From IMG/VR virus record IMGVR_UViG_3300017731_002846, positions 32,001 through 96,000 of that record: a stretch of DNA of 64,000 nt; one strand, written 5' to 3'. Below are positions 9,120 through 17,141 of this stretch, one piece after another. Source of the DNA: a virus. Numbering within the stretch: position 1 is the first letter of the stretch; each line of letters begins with the position of its first letter. Both the position numbers and the translations under genes were made by a program. The notes below the pieces were generated by a model that did no database searches, had not been told where the DNA came from, and saw only the letters and a program-made list of their open reading frames with translations.

Positions 9120-10264
9120 AAGAAGTGAAATTCAAGCTGAGAATTATCTAAAGAAGGAGAAGGTTGCAAAGGAATTGACATTACCATGGCCAAAGCCATC
9201 TTTGGCAAGAACAGTTCGCCAAGAACCTTTCGTATAAAATTAGGAGAGTATTTATAACTAAATGTTCCGTCAGAATTTATACTGCAAAATTTATCAAGGC
9301 AATCGGTTGGTAGCCCGCAAAGAGCTAGTATTTCTCGAACCGAAAGCACTCGAGCGTCAGACTGAGTACCATCCGAAAGCTTGTGGCCGGGATGCACATT
9401 GTTTTGACTTGAGATAGACCCATTGGTCATAGTAACTGTTGGAGCAGGGTCATTCCAACTCATTCTTTTATAGGTGGTTTTAAAGCCAGATATAACTCTT
9501 TTTTGCCCATCCTCTACAACATGCGGGAAATGTACTGGATTGTTAAATGCAGTTTCGCCTTCTGACGTATGCTTCATCCAATCAATATGATTTTTATTAT
9601 GCTTGGATGCAAAATGCCAAGGCATGTTAGAATGCTGACCACTCTCTAAACTTGGAAATTCTGATGAGTCACCTATAACGTCTTTAAGCGTTAATAGATC
9701 GTCTTCTGCCCCTGGGTGCTCCCATTCTCCGTTTTCGGAGATTAAGCATATAGATCTACTACGAGATTGAGCCGTGCCAAAATGCTTGCCGTTCAAAACT
9801 TTTGATTTGCACTTGTGATTATTTGGAATCTTTGAATTTATAAAATCAATAATTCTTACAGGCTCATCTTCGTAATTAATATATGTATTAAGCATTGCAG
9901 GAACATTCTCAATCATCATATATTTAGGCTTGAGGGACTCATAGATTTCCATAGCATAAACAATAAGTTTATTTCTGATGTCATCTGATGACCTCTGTGC
10001 ATTTGCTATGCTCATGCCTTGACAAGGGGGAGTGGCAATAATTAAATCTATTGGCCCGGCTTCTTCGCATGCTTGAATAATCGATGCCCTAGTCGATGCC
10101 TTGCATATATCCCCGCAAATAACATGAGAAGTATCAGGGTATAATTCTTTATAAAAATCAACACGATCTTGTAGTAGTTCATTCGCAACCACTACATTAA
10201 ATCCGTGCTCTTTTAAATAGAACTCACCGAAACCTACATTAGCAAATAAAGATAAAACTTTCAT
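9116..10264 (-). CDS. DNA (cytosine-5)-methyltransferase, M.HgaI-like
   Basis: SLFANVGFGE, ATPPCQG, ENV, QSRSR, ISSQNNVHPG, DARVLSVRE. Likely start ATG 10264. Confidence 0.92.
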   Translation of the reverse strand: MKVLSLFANVGFGEFYLKEHGFNVVVANELLQDRVDFYKELYPDTSHVICGDICKASTRASIIQACEEAGPIDLIIATPPCQGMSIANAQRSSDDIRNKLIVYAMEIYESLKPKYMMIENVPAMLNTYINYEDEPVRIIDFINSKIPNNHKCKSKVLNGKHFGTAQSRSRSICLISENGEWEHPGAEDDLLTLKDVIGDSSEFPSLESGQHSNMPWHFASKHNKNHIDWMKHTSEGETAFNNPVHFPHVVEDGQKRVISGFKTTYKRMSWNDPAPTVTMTNGSISSQNNVHPGHKLSDGTQSDARVLSVREILALCGLPTDCLDKFCSINSDGTFSYKYSPNFIRKVLGELFLPKMALAMVMSIPLQPSPSLDNSQLEFHFL

Positions 10265-10270
10265 ATAAAT

Positions 10271-10307
10271 AAAAAAAAGAGGATCAGCCATTATAGCTGA
10301 TCCTCTT
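10271..10307 (-). terminator. Intrinsic terminator-like hairpin overlapping a promoter
   Basis: Minus strand AAGAGGATCAGC-TATAATG-GCTGATCCTCTT followed by a T run. Confidence 0.75.
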
Positions 10308-10318
10308 AGAGAAGTCAA
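10290..10318 (-). promoter_or_regulatory. Sigma70-type promoter for the methyltransferase
   Basis: TTGACT-17 nt-TATAAT. Confidence 0.75.
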
Positions 10319-10331
10319 GAGTAAATATTAT

Positions 10332-10592
10332 TTATTTACTCTTTGAGCATTGCCCTTCGGTGCAGCTAAGTTTGCTAACCAAGGCAACTACAAGGATTAA
10401 GGTCACAAAAGAAGTGAACCCAGCTCCAGCTCCCACGAAACCGCCAAGCAAAGCTTCGAGATTACCGATAACATTAACAGGAGCAGCAGCTCCGAATACA
10501 GCTTGAACTACAATCAAGAGCCCAAGAACACTAAGAAGTGTTGCGGCAATTCCTTTTACCGCACATGTGATATTACTTAATACGTCTTTCAT
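10332..10592 (-). CDS. Small two-TM membrane protein
   Basis: Two hydrophobic segments. Confidence 0.75.
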   Translation of the reverse strand: MKDVLSNITCAVKGIAATLLSVLGLLIVVQAVFGAAAPVNVIGNLEALLGGFVGAGAGFTSFVTLILVVALVSKLSCTEGQCSKSK

Positions 10593-10603
10593 ATTTTTAT
10601 TTT

Positions 10604-11284
10604 TATTTTAGGGTTAAATTAGAATTGAAATGTAAGTGCGCCAGCAAATACAAACTCACGATCAATGTCGTCGGAATCAACCAGGTCGACACCTAAAGAT
10701 GCGACAGCAGAACCAATCGAGCGAGATAGTTCAGCTCCTACAGAATAGTAGTCACGAGAATTAGACTCTGTCACTTCGGTATTACCAATGCTTGCATCAA
10801 GGCCTAGATCAGCAATCTTTAAATCAATGTCGTGAGAGACCGAACCTTCAAATGTATAAAGCTCGTCATCAATATTGCGGAAAACAGCCAAAGATGGATC
10901 GAGCAAAGAATCAACAGAGATCTTTACTGCCACTTCAGACAAGGCAGATCCTGGAACATCTTCAAAGTGATTGAATCCTACATAGGTAGATAGGAGTCCA
11001 TCGAGAACACTTGTTCCAAGTCCGGCAGCTAATCCATAACTGTCGACACCAGAATCAACCGATTGGTTGGTGCATGCATGAATCGATGCATCTAGACCTG
11101 CGACTTGTGCCCCGACATCAATCGATGATTGAAAGGACTCAAGGGCTTTTTGCTCTCCACGATAGAAGAAGTCAGAGGCATACCCAACCTTTGCAGAATT
11201 GCCAAGAACGGCGACGTTAGTAAGAAGCCCGAGGGCTGTGAACAATGATACGATTTTAATTTTCATATATTTTAGGGTTAAATT
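10604..11284. repeat. 17-bp direct repeat flanking the porin-like gene
   Basis: tattttagggttaaatt at 10604-10620 and 11268-11284. Confidence 0.8.
10619..11266 (-). CDS. Outer-membrane beta-barrel / porin-like protein (TorF/Gcw_chp-like)
   Basis: Signal peptide, ASDFFYRG near the N-terminus, alternating beta pattern, C-terminal Phe. Confidence 0.75.
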   Translation of the reverse strand: MKIKIVSLFTALGLLTNVAVLGNSAKVGYASDFFYRGEQKALESFQSSIDVGAQVAGLDASIHACTNQSVDSGVDSYGLAAGLGTSVLDGLLSTYVGFNHFEDVPGSALSEVAVKISVDSLLDPSLAVFRNIDDELYTFEGSVSHDIDLKIADLGLDASIGNTEVTESNSRDYYSVGAELSRSIGSAVASLGVDLVDSDDIDREFVFAGALTFQF

Positions 11285-11874
11285 TATTTTATTCTAACTT
11301 CTTTCCAAGCGATTAGTTTGCCTTTTACAAGATCCCTAATATGCCTTTGCTTTTTATTAAGCTGGCTATTACCACTTTTAATTTCGATGAATGTGATTTC
11401 ATCATCTCCGAATGATATATAATCAATCGGCTTGCCAAGGAATGTACAGTTTTCGGGGTCAAAATCAAATTGATCTAGGAATGGAGCCAGCGTTTCAGCT
11501 ATGTGGCCTAATCGAACTTCACTGCTTTTCTTTTGAGAAGTAACTTTGCGGCGAGCCTCAGTTTCTTCTGACAGTTGTTTCTCTAGATCAGAAAATTCTT
11601 GTAAAAGTTTTTGTTCTTTTAATTGTATTTCAAGCTTGCGTTCTTTGATTGACTCCTGTTCTTTATCGAAACTAGATTGTAAATTTTGTATAGTTTGATT
11701 AAGTTGAGATTCGCGCTCTTGAAATTCAGAATGATTTTGGGTTAATTGATTCTTTAAAAATTCGTTTTCTCGATTTAAAGATTCAGCATTAAATTGTTTT
11801 TGTTTTAAATAATATATTTTATAACTTGTAAATATTATACAACCTACGAGGAAGATTTCTATAAAAAAATTCAA
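11284..11874 (-). CDS. Holliday-junction-resolvase-like endonuclease with TM anchor and coiled coil
   Basis: G.IAE.LAPF, LGKPIDYI, FIEIKSG, L...Q..IRD.V. Confidence 0.85.
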   Translation of the reverse strand: MNFFIEIFLVGCIIFTSYKIYYLKQKQFNAESLNRENEFLKNQLTQNHSEFQERESQLNQTIQNLQSSFDKEQESIKERKLEIQLKEQKLLQEFSDLEKQLSEETEARRKVTSQKKSSEVRLGHIAETLAPFLDQFDFDPENCTFLGKPIDYISFGDDEITFIEIKSGNSQLNKKQRHIRDLVKGKLIAWKEVRIK

Positions 11875-11877
11875 AAC

Positions 11878-12123
11878 TCACTTTTTAGCCAAAGAAATAA
11901 TTCTGTCATGCCTAAATGATCTAACAGATTTTCTGGCAAAACAATAAGCCCTAAAGCCTGCATTGTCTCTTTGTTCTCCCTTATTACCGAAGGATTTGTA
12001 TAAATTAATATCACCTATTAAATAAGTTTTAATTTTATCATTATGGTTTCTGTATACTACATAGTATTTGTCACCAATAAGACTGCTTTTAATTTTTTTT
12101 AATTTATTAAGAAATGTTCTCAT
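11878..12123 (-). CDS. Stand-alone WYL-like domain protein
   Basis: AYCFARKSVRSFRHDRI matches the WYL C-terminal motif. Confidence 0.55.
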   Translation of the reverse strand: MRTFLNKLKKIKSSLIGDKYYVVYRNHNDKIKTYLIGDINLYKSFGNKGEQRDNAGFRAYCFARKSVRSFRHDRIISLAKK

Positions 12124-12323
12124 TATTTTAATTTAATATTGTTGTTTTCACAAAAAGATACCGCATAACCAGTTTTAAAAGAGAACTTATCAATAAAAAT
12201 ACAAGCTCCAATGATTAACGTTGACCTGAGGATATCTAAATTAGACTCATAGAATAATAAAAAAAATATTATTATGTATGGGCAAAATTTATTTAAGGAG
12301 TAATTCACTATTATATTATTCAT
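12123..12323 (-). CDS. Small membrane protein
   Basis: Hydrophobic segments; 1-nt overlaps with both neighbours. Confidence 0.6.
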   Translation of the reverse strand: MNNIIVNYSLNKFCPYIIIFFLLFYESNLDILRSTLIIGACIFIDKFSFKTGYAVSFCENNNIKLK

Positions 12324-12751
12324 TATCTTCCTGAACTACCAAAGCCACCTTGGCCACGAGTGCTAAAACTTAATACATCAGTTTCGATTAATTGAACCGC
12401 CGGCATGCGGATGAAGACAATTTGACCAACCCTGTCCCCTATTTTATAACAAGTATTGCTCTCGTCTAAAGAAAAACGTAACTTAAGTTCTCCCCTATAA
12501 CCGCAATCTATAACACCAACAGAGTTTCTTAAGAAGTGTTTTGTTCCACTAATACTAGAGCGTGGAAAAATAAATCCGGCATATCCTTTGGGTATTTCCA
12601 ATGAAATACCTGTGCAGATTTCCACGAACACACCAGCAGACCCAGAAGGGTGAGTAACCGCAGTTGCATATAAGTCAAAGCCAGCGTCCTTAGGGTTGGC
12701 TTGAGTAGGAACCTTAGCCGCAGGGTTTAATCTTTGAAATTTTACTTTCAT
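12323..12751 (-). CDS. dut: dUTPase (trimeric)
   Basis: AGFDL, PRSS, GVIDCGYRGE, GDRVGQ, RGQGGFGSSG. Confidence 0.97.
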   Translation of the reverse strand: MKVKFQRLNPAAKVPTQANPKDAGFDLYATAVTHPSGSAGVFVEICTGISLEIPKGYAGFIFPRSSISGTKHFLRNSVGVIDCGYRGELKLRFSLDESNTCYKIGDRVGQIVFIRMPAVQLIETDVLSFSTRGQGGFGSSGR

Positions 12752-12963
12752 TAATAAACTTTATGTGGGGAGTTGGTCTGGATTATTGCGACTTTATTAA
12801 GAGTGGTCTTGTCCCACCTCTTTAACATGTCGCAAAGCCTCAAAGCACGGCTTTCTGCCTCTGATTTAACACGATAATTAGTGTCTTCAATTCTGCGACC
12901 ATCTCTGGTTACAACATAAAAGCTATCACTATCTTTTGATACATTTCTTCGGATTAATTTCAT
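12751..12963 (-). CDS. Hypothetical protein
   Basis: First gene after a sigma70 promoter; coupled to dut. Confidence 0.7.
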   Translation of the reverse strand: MKLIRRNVSKDSDSFYVVTRDGRRIEDTNYRVKSEAESRALRLCDMLKRWDKTTLNKVAIIQTNSPHKVY

Positions 12964-12972
12964 ATGGAGAAC

Positions 12973-13001
12973 AGTTTACCAGAAAAACTAAGAACTGTCA
13001 A
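12973..13001 (-). promoter_or_regulatory. Sigma70-type promoter
   Basis: TTGACA-17 nt-TAAACT, 9 nt before ATG 12963. Confidence 0.7.
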
Positions 13002-13053
13002 GTTTTTAAAAAAAAAAATTCGATTTATAGGATAAATACTGTAATATAAAAAT

Positions 13054-13860
13054 ATGACAAAGAGAAAAATTCTTATTATGGGCTTACCAGGATCAGGCAA
13101 AACTACTTTAGCTGAAATCTTAGTAAGAAAATTAAATGCCGCATGGTTTAATGCAGATGCAGTAAGACAAGAGATCCACAAGGACTTAGGTTTCACTGCA
13201 GAAGACAGGCTCGAGCATTCAACTCGCATGGGCAAACTATGTGATTGGGCAAAACTCGGGGGGTCTTATGTAATCGCAGACTTTGTATGCCCAACTAAAG
13301 AAGCAAGGGAAGCTTTTAATCCTGACTTCGTCATCTGGGTAGATAGAATTCAAGAAGGTAGATATGCAGATACAAACAAAATGTTTGAAAAACCAGAAAA
13401 TGCTGACGTTATATTAAAAGAAGGAACTCCTGACGAATGGGCAGAGCAAGCACTCGAAGGTTTATATAAAACAGAAGCATGGGACGATCAAGCCCCAACC
13501 GCATTACTCATAGGCCGGTATCAACCTTTTCATATCGGACACAAAACATTAGTAGCAGAGTCTGTTAAAAGAACAGGTCAATGCTGTATAGCTCTAAGAA
13601 ACGTGGCAGGTATAGATGAGAAAAATCCATACAATTTCGAGCAAGTTAAAAAAGAAATCGAAGCCGCTTGTGTTGAGTTTGGAGATAAAATAAAAATCGT
13701 TGAACTGCCAAACATTACAGATATATTTTATGGACGCGGAGTTGGTTACAATATCGAGCAACTTGAATTAAGCAAAGAACTGCAAGCAGTTTCGGCAACT
13801 AAAATCCGTGCAGGAGAAATCGGACAAGATGGTAAACCATTAGGCAAGAGGCCCGAATAA
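13054..13860 (+). CDS. cysC: Adenylylsulfate kinase fused to an HxGH nucleotidyltransferase domain
   Basis: N-terminal GLPGSGKTT, NADAVR, DLGFTAEDR, DFVCP; C-terminal IGRYQPFHIGH and VSATKIR. Confidence 0.85.
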   Translation: MTKRKILIMGLPGSGKTTLAEILVRKLNAAWFNADAVRQEIHKDLGFTAEDRLEHSTRMGKLCDWAKLGGSYVIADFVCPTKEAREAFNPDFVIWVDRIQEGRYADTNKMFEKPENADVILKEGTPDEWAEQALEGLYKTEAWDDQAPTALLIGRYQPFHIGHKTLVAESVKRTGQCCIALRNVAGIDEKNPYNFEQVKKEIEAACVEFGDKIKIVELPNITDIFYGRGVGYNIEQLELSKELQAVSATKIRAGEIGQDGKPLGKRPE

Positions 13861-14162
13861 TGGCATACGTAGTAACTGAAAAATGCGTGGACTGTAAGTT
13901 TACTAGCTGCGTTTCGGTATGCCCTGTAGATGCTTTTCACGAAACCCCAGATCGTTTATACATCAATCCAGAGTCCTGCATTGACTGCAATGCCTGTATG
14001 GATGAATGCCCTGTCGAAGCCATATACCCAGACATGGATGTGCCTGAGGAATTACAAGATTGGATCGAGCTAAACGAGCAAGCAGAGGAATACCCTCAAT
14101 TGTTTGGGGAGAAAGAGCCTCTCAAGGGCCCTAAATGCGTTGACCCACAAGCGGACGAATAA
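13860..14162 (+). CDS. fdxA: 7Fe ferredoxin (FdxA type)
   Basis: CVDCKFTSCVSVCPVD...CIDCNACMDECP. Confidence 0.92.
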   Translation: MAYVVTEKCVDCKFTSCVSVCPVDAFHETPDRLYINPESCIDCNACMDECPVEAIYPDMDVPEELQDWIELNEQAEEYPQLFGEKEPLKGPKCVDPQADE

Positions 14163-14198
14163 ATTATTACCCGTTAGCAAAAGCTAACTCTTCAAGAG

Positions 14199-14229
14199 AA
14201 AAAGCCCCCTAGCAATAGGGGGCTTTATT
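14199..14229. terminator. Likely bidirectional intrinsic terminator between convergent units
   Basis: aaaaagcccccta-gcaa-tagggggcttt hairpin flanked by A and T runs. Confidence 0.85.
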
Positions 14230-14380
14230 ATTTAGATTTTTTCTTAGTCTTTTTAGACTGCATACAGACAGCGATCCTCTGCTTTACATCAGGATACTCT
14301 TTTCGCATGACCTTGTCAGCAATACATCTTGACATAAATCCAGAATCTGTTTCTGTTTTTGTTTTCTTTGGGATAGGCAT
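14228..14380 (-). CDS. Small basic phage protein (50 aa)
   Basis: Hand translation MPIPKKTKTETDSGFMSRCIADKVMRKEYPDVKQRIAVCMQSKKTKKKSK. Confidence 0.7.
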   Translation of the reverse strand: MPIPKKTKTETDSGFMSRCIADKVMRKEYPDVKQRIAVCMQSKKTKKKSK

Positions 14381-14392
14381 AATAAATTAAAA

Positions 14393-14756
14393 TGGTGGAC
14401 GTGGCGGTAGTCGAAACCGCGTCTTTAAATCTTCAAGAAATATACATCTACAAGTTTAGTTTATTTTTTTTATAGTTATGATATAAACATCTAACTACTC
14501 GTTTCAGTTATTTACAGTTTGTGGAACAAGTAAACTTTTTCTGTTTTGCAGATACATAACCCCGCAATCTCAATATCTGCGTCAAGAGTTACGAGGTAGC
14601 GGATACTAGGCCGCTAAAGCAAGCTCTTCGCTTTTAGGCGAGTAAGCTTTGATACGTGACTTATTGCCATGTAAACTTTTGTGCCTTTTTAAGGAGCCAG
14701 ACACACTCCTACTTGCAGTATACCAATTCAATTTAAATCAAATCCAGTACACGCCC
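14393..14756 (-). ncRNA. ssrA: tmRNA (one-piece)
   Basis: 5' GGGCGUG pairs with 3' CACGUCC-ACCA with a G3:U wobble. T-arm GCGGU-UUCGACU-ACCGC. Tag ORF 14668-14606 reads GNKSRIKAYSPKSEELALAA*. Confidence 0.95.
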
Positions 14757-14792
14757 ATAAAATATTAAAGAACTAAATAATAATTACACTAG

Positions 14793-15917
14793 CTATTGCC
14801 CCTTAGTAATTTCTTGTTCGCCATCTTGGCTCACAATACTTGTTTGAGATCTAGCGGCTTCATATAATGCATTATAGTTTTTTGTAACCTTCTTGTATCT
14901 CCCGCGAGTGATTTCACGAAGAGATTCTTCAGTGATCCTACTAGGGCCTTCATCCTCAAACAACTTAAGTATTGCAAGATCTTTAAGAGTTACATCAACT
15001 TCCCATTTAATTTGATACCCAAAATCAGGAATAGCCTGAGAGAGTTCGGGGGCAAATGCCCTTGGCTGATCTGCACTTTTAGACTCTGTCCAAGTAAATA
15101 CAGGTACAACCCCATGCCAAGTTTCATGAAAAGCTCCAATATTAATTTTTTGCTCGACTATAGAGCCGTCAATCTTAGATGGATTGAGAGCATCAAATAA
15201 ATTATTATAAGCCAATGGAAAACCAAAGTCATGTTCTTCGTAACAATAAATATGCAAGTATTTAAACAAATTAAATGCTGACCAAGAACCATGATCTGCA
15301 TTTTTTAATACAAGCCTCCTTTGAGCCGAAGGGTCAAGCTCTTTAAAGTTACCATAAAAACGATCAGTAAAATCGCAATAAGCATCGTGATCCTCTTTGC
15401 TAGGTTGGGAATTTAAATGCAAAGATATTGGCGCGGAAATATTTTCTTGAGCGCCTATTTCATCAAGGAACCAGGAATAAAAATTAATCTCTTTGATCGA
15501 TTTTTCAACCACCGAGTCGTCGTCGTCAATTAATTTACAGAATTTATCAGGCTGAATAGACAAAGAAACCCCTTTGGTTACAGCCGTCCTGCCGATCTCT
15601 TTAATTGCATTTAAAAGTTCACCATGTTCTGGCAAATCTGTGATAGATAAATCAGATGAAGGATCAGAAAGAATACCAAATACGGATGTATTTAATCGAT
15701 AATGATCGATTCCACTATCTCGGCAGAAATCAATAATCTTAACAGTAAGATTTAAATTACTTAAAATCTCGTCTTTTAATTTCTTGAGGGCAGCTTGATC
15801 ACCCTGCTGCGAAGACAGCTCGGTGTAAGCTTTGCGGGTCATGCCCACAAAAGTGTTTGCCGGATCCTCTTGCTCGAGGATTTTTGAAGTGCAGACTAGT
15901 CCGTATTTGGTATTCAT
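14793..15917 (-). CDS. UvsE/UVDE-like TIM-barrel protein with degenerate active site
   Basis: YGLVC, N..L...II.F, HYRL, SIQPDKF and LHL follow the UvsE layout; most metal ligands are replaced. Confidence 0.75.
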   Translation of the reverse strand: MNTKYGLVCTSKILEQEDPANTFVGMTRKAYTELSSQQGDQAALKKLKDEILSNLNLTVKIIDFCRDSGIDHYRLNTSVFGILSDPSSDLSITDLPEHGELLNAIKEIGRTAVTKGVSLSIQPDKFCKLIDDDDSVVEKSIKEINFYSWFLDEIGAQENISAPISLHLNSQPSKEDHDAYCDFTDRFYGNFKELDPSAQRRLVLKNADHGSWSAFNLFKYLHIYCYEEHDFGFPLAYNNLFDALNPSKIDGSIVEQKINIGAFHETWHGVVPVFTWTESKSADQPRAFAPELSQAIPDFGYQIKWEVDVTLKDLAILKLFEDEGPSRITEESLREITRGRYKKVTKNYNALYEAARSQTSIVSQDGEQEITKGQ

Positions 15918-15931
15918 TAAATCCTTATATA

Positions 15932-16201
15932 TTAGATAAGATCAACTTCTTCGACTTCTTCAACTTCTTCAGCAACCTTGCCAGAAGACTTAGATCCACC
16001 TTGATCCTGATCTTTTTGCTTATAGATCCGAAAGTCAGGAGCCTTAGGATTATCATCCTTAAACTTATTCTTAAAAAGAATAACTTTCTCTCCATTAACT
16101 TGACCGGTCAGGTACTTCTCATTGGAACCCTGCTTGACGTTTACCCAAAGTGCACCCATTTCTCGGTTGCTCCACTCTTTATTTTCAGTATTTTCACTCA
16201 T
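15932..16201 (-). CDS. DUF736/PC4-like putative ssDNA-binding protein
   Basis: MGALW...YLTG...FKN...KAPDFRIY with an acidic C-terminal tail. Confidence 0.65.
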   Translation of the reverse strand: MSENTENKEWSNREMGALWVNVKQGSNEKYLTGQVNGEKVILFKNKFKDDNPKAPDFRIYKQKDQDQGGSKSSGKVAEEVEEVEEVDLI

Positions 16202-16316
16202 AATTTATTATATAGTATATTAATATTTAATTTAAAATTTTCTAAGTTCACCAGTATTTTTACAAAGTATATATGCCGCAAATAGCATAATTATTATTTT
16301 GATTATTATCATGTCT

Positions 16317-16853
16317 TTATCTGTATTGTTTTCTTAGTAGTCGCCAGCGATCAGAATCTATAGGTTTGCTGCCATTATCTATAGCATACAACATATCTAT
16401 GATTTCGTCAAGCGAATTATAAATATATTTATGTGGCATCATACCAAGCATCCATAGTGGGGTCTTTGCTTTGCCGCCTTCCATGCTAATAAAGATTGGC
16501 TTTTTCATGCGTACTGCCGTTACAATTTCTTCACCGCTACCCCAACTTGCAACCTCTGGAACAAGATGAGCAATAATAAAGTCACTGCGATCAACAAGGT
16601 TCAAATCATATGAACGAACGGTCTTCATTTTCTCCGCAACACGATCATATTGCTTGGTCTTCATCCAAGTTTCCATCTCGATGCGAGAAGCTTCATCCTC
16701 TTCTACATCCTTAATAAAAGGTTTTTCGTAGGGATTAAAGCAAGTAATATTAAGGTCCGAAAGTTTTTCGGTTACTTCTTGCCGCCAATCTCGGCCACTC
16801 AAATACTGCATGTGGCCAACTAAATATGTTTTTGTTTTATATAAGAGATTCAT
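16317..16853 (-). CDS. Nucleoside 2-deoxyribosyltransferase-like protein
   Basis: TYLVG.M, DWR, FNP, DLNLVDRSD, SWGSGEE, KKP. Confidence 0.8.
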   Translation of the reverse strand: MNLLYKTKTYLVGHMQYLSGRDWRQEVTEKLSDLNITCFNPYEKPFIKDVEEDEASRIEMETWMKTKQYDRVAEKMKTVRSYDLNLVDRSDFIIAHLVPEVASWGSGEEIVTAVRMKKPIFISMEGGKAKTPLWMLGMMPHKYIYNSLDEIIDMLYAIDNGSKPIDSDRWRLLRKQYR

Positions 16854-16863
16854 CTTGCCATAT

Positions 16864-16892
16864 AATATAGCAAAAATGAATTAAGTTGTCAA
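16864..16892 (-). promoter_or_regulatory. Sigma70-type promoter
   Basis: TTGACA-17 nt-TATATT, 10 nt before ATG 16853. Confidence 0.75.
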
Positions 16893-16895
16893 GTA

Positions 16896-17141
16896 TTAAT
16901 TATTATTTAAACTTTCTAATATAACTTTTAAATCATCTGCATCAGAGCAAGCATCAATGTCCTCTTGGATTTTATTATATTTAACACGAATTTCTGCACG
17001 AGATTTTTCCGCTTCAGCCGCATCATTCCCGGGAATTTGCTTCATAATGATAGCATCATATGGTTCGAATTCTTTTTCCCTTTCCACACGTCGAGAAGAG
17101 TGAACAATTTCTTTCGCTTTGTTTAAATTAATTTTTATCAT
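16896..17141 (-). CDS. Tail fibre assembly-associated protein
   Basis: MIKINLNKAKEI..R..R...F...D pattern typical downstream of fibre genes. Likely start 17141. Confidence 0.6.
   Translation of the reverse strand: MIKINLNKAKEIVHSSRRVEREKEFEPYDAIIMKQIPGNDAAEAEKSRAEIRVKYNKIQEDIDACSDADDLKVILESLNNN

Noticed and set aside
14393-14423. tRNA-Ala-like 3' end
   Set aside because: It pairs with a 5' end about 360 nt away and encloses a tag ORF, so it is part of the tmRNA.
14615-14670. Alternative tmRNA reading frame starting ATG GCA (MAISHVSKLTRLKAKSLL*)
   Set aside because: It lacks the LAA-type degron; the GGC frame ends LALAA.
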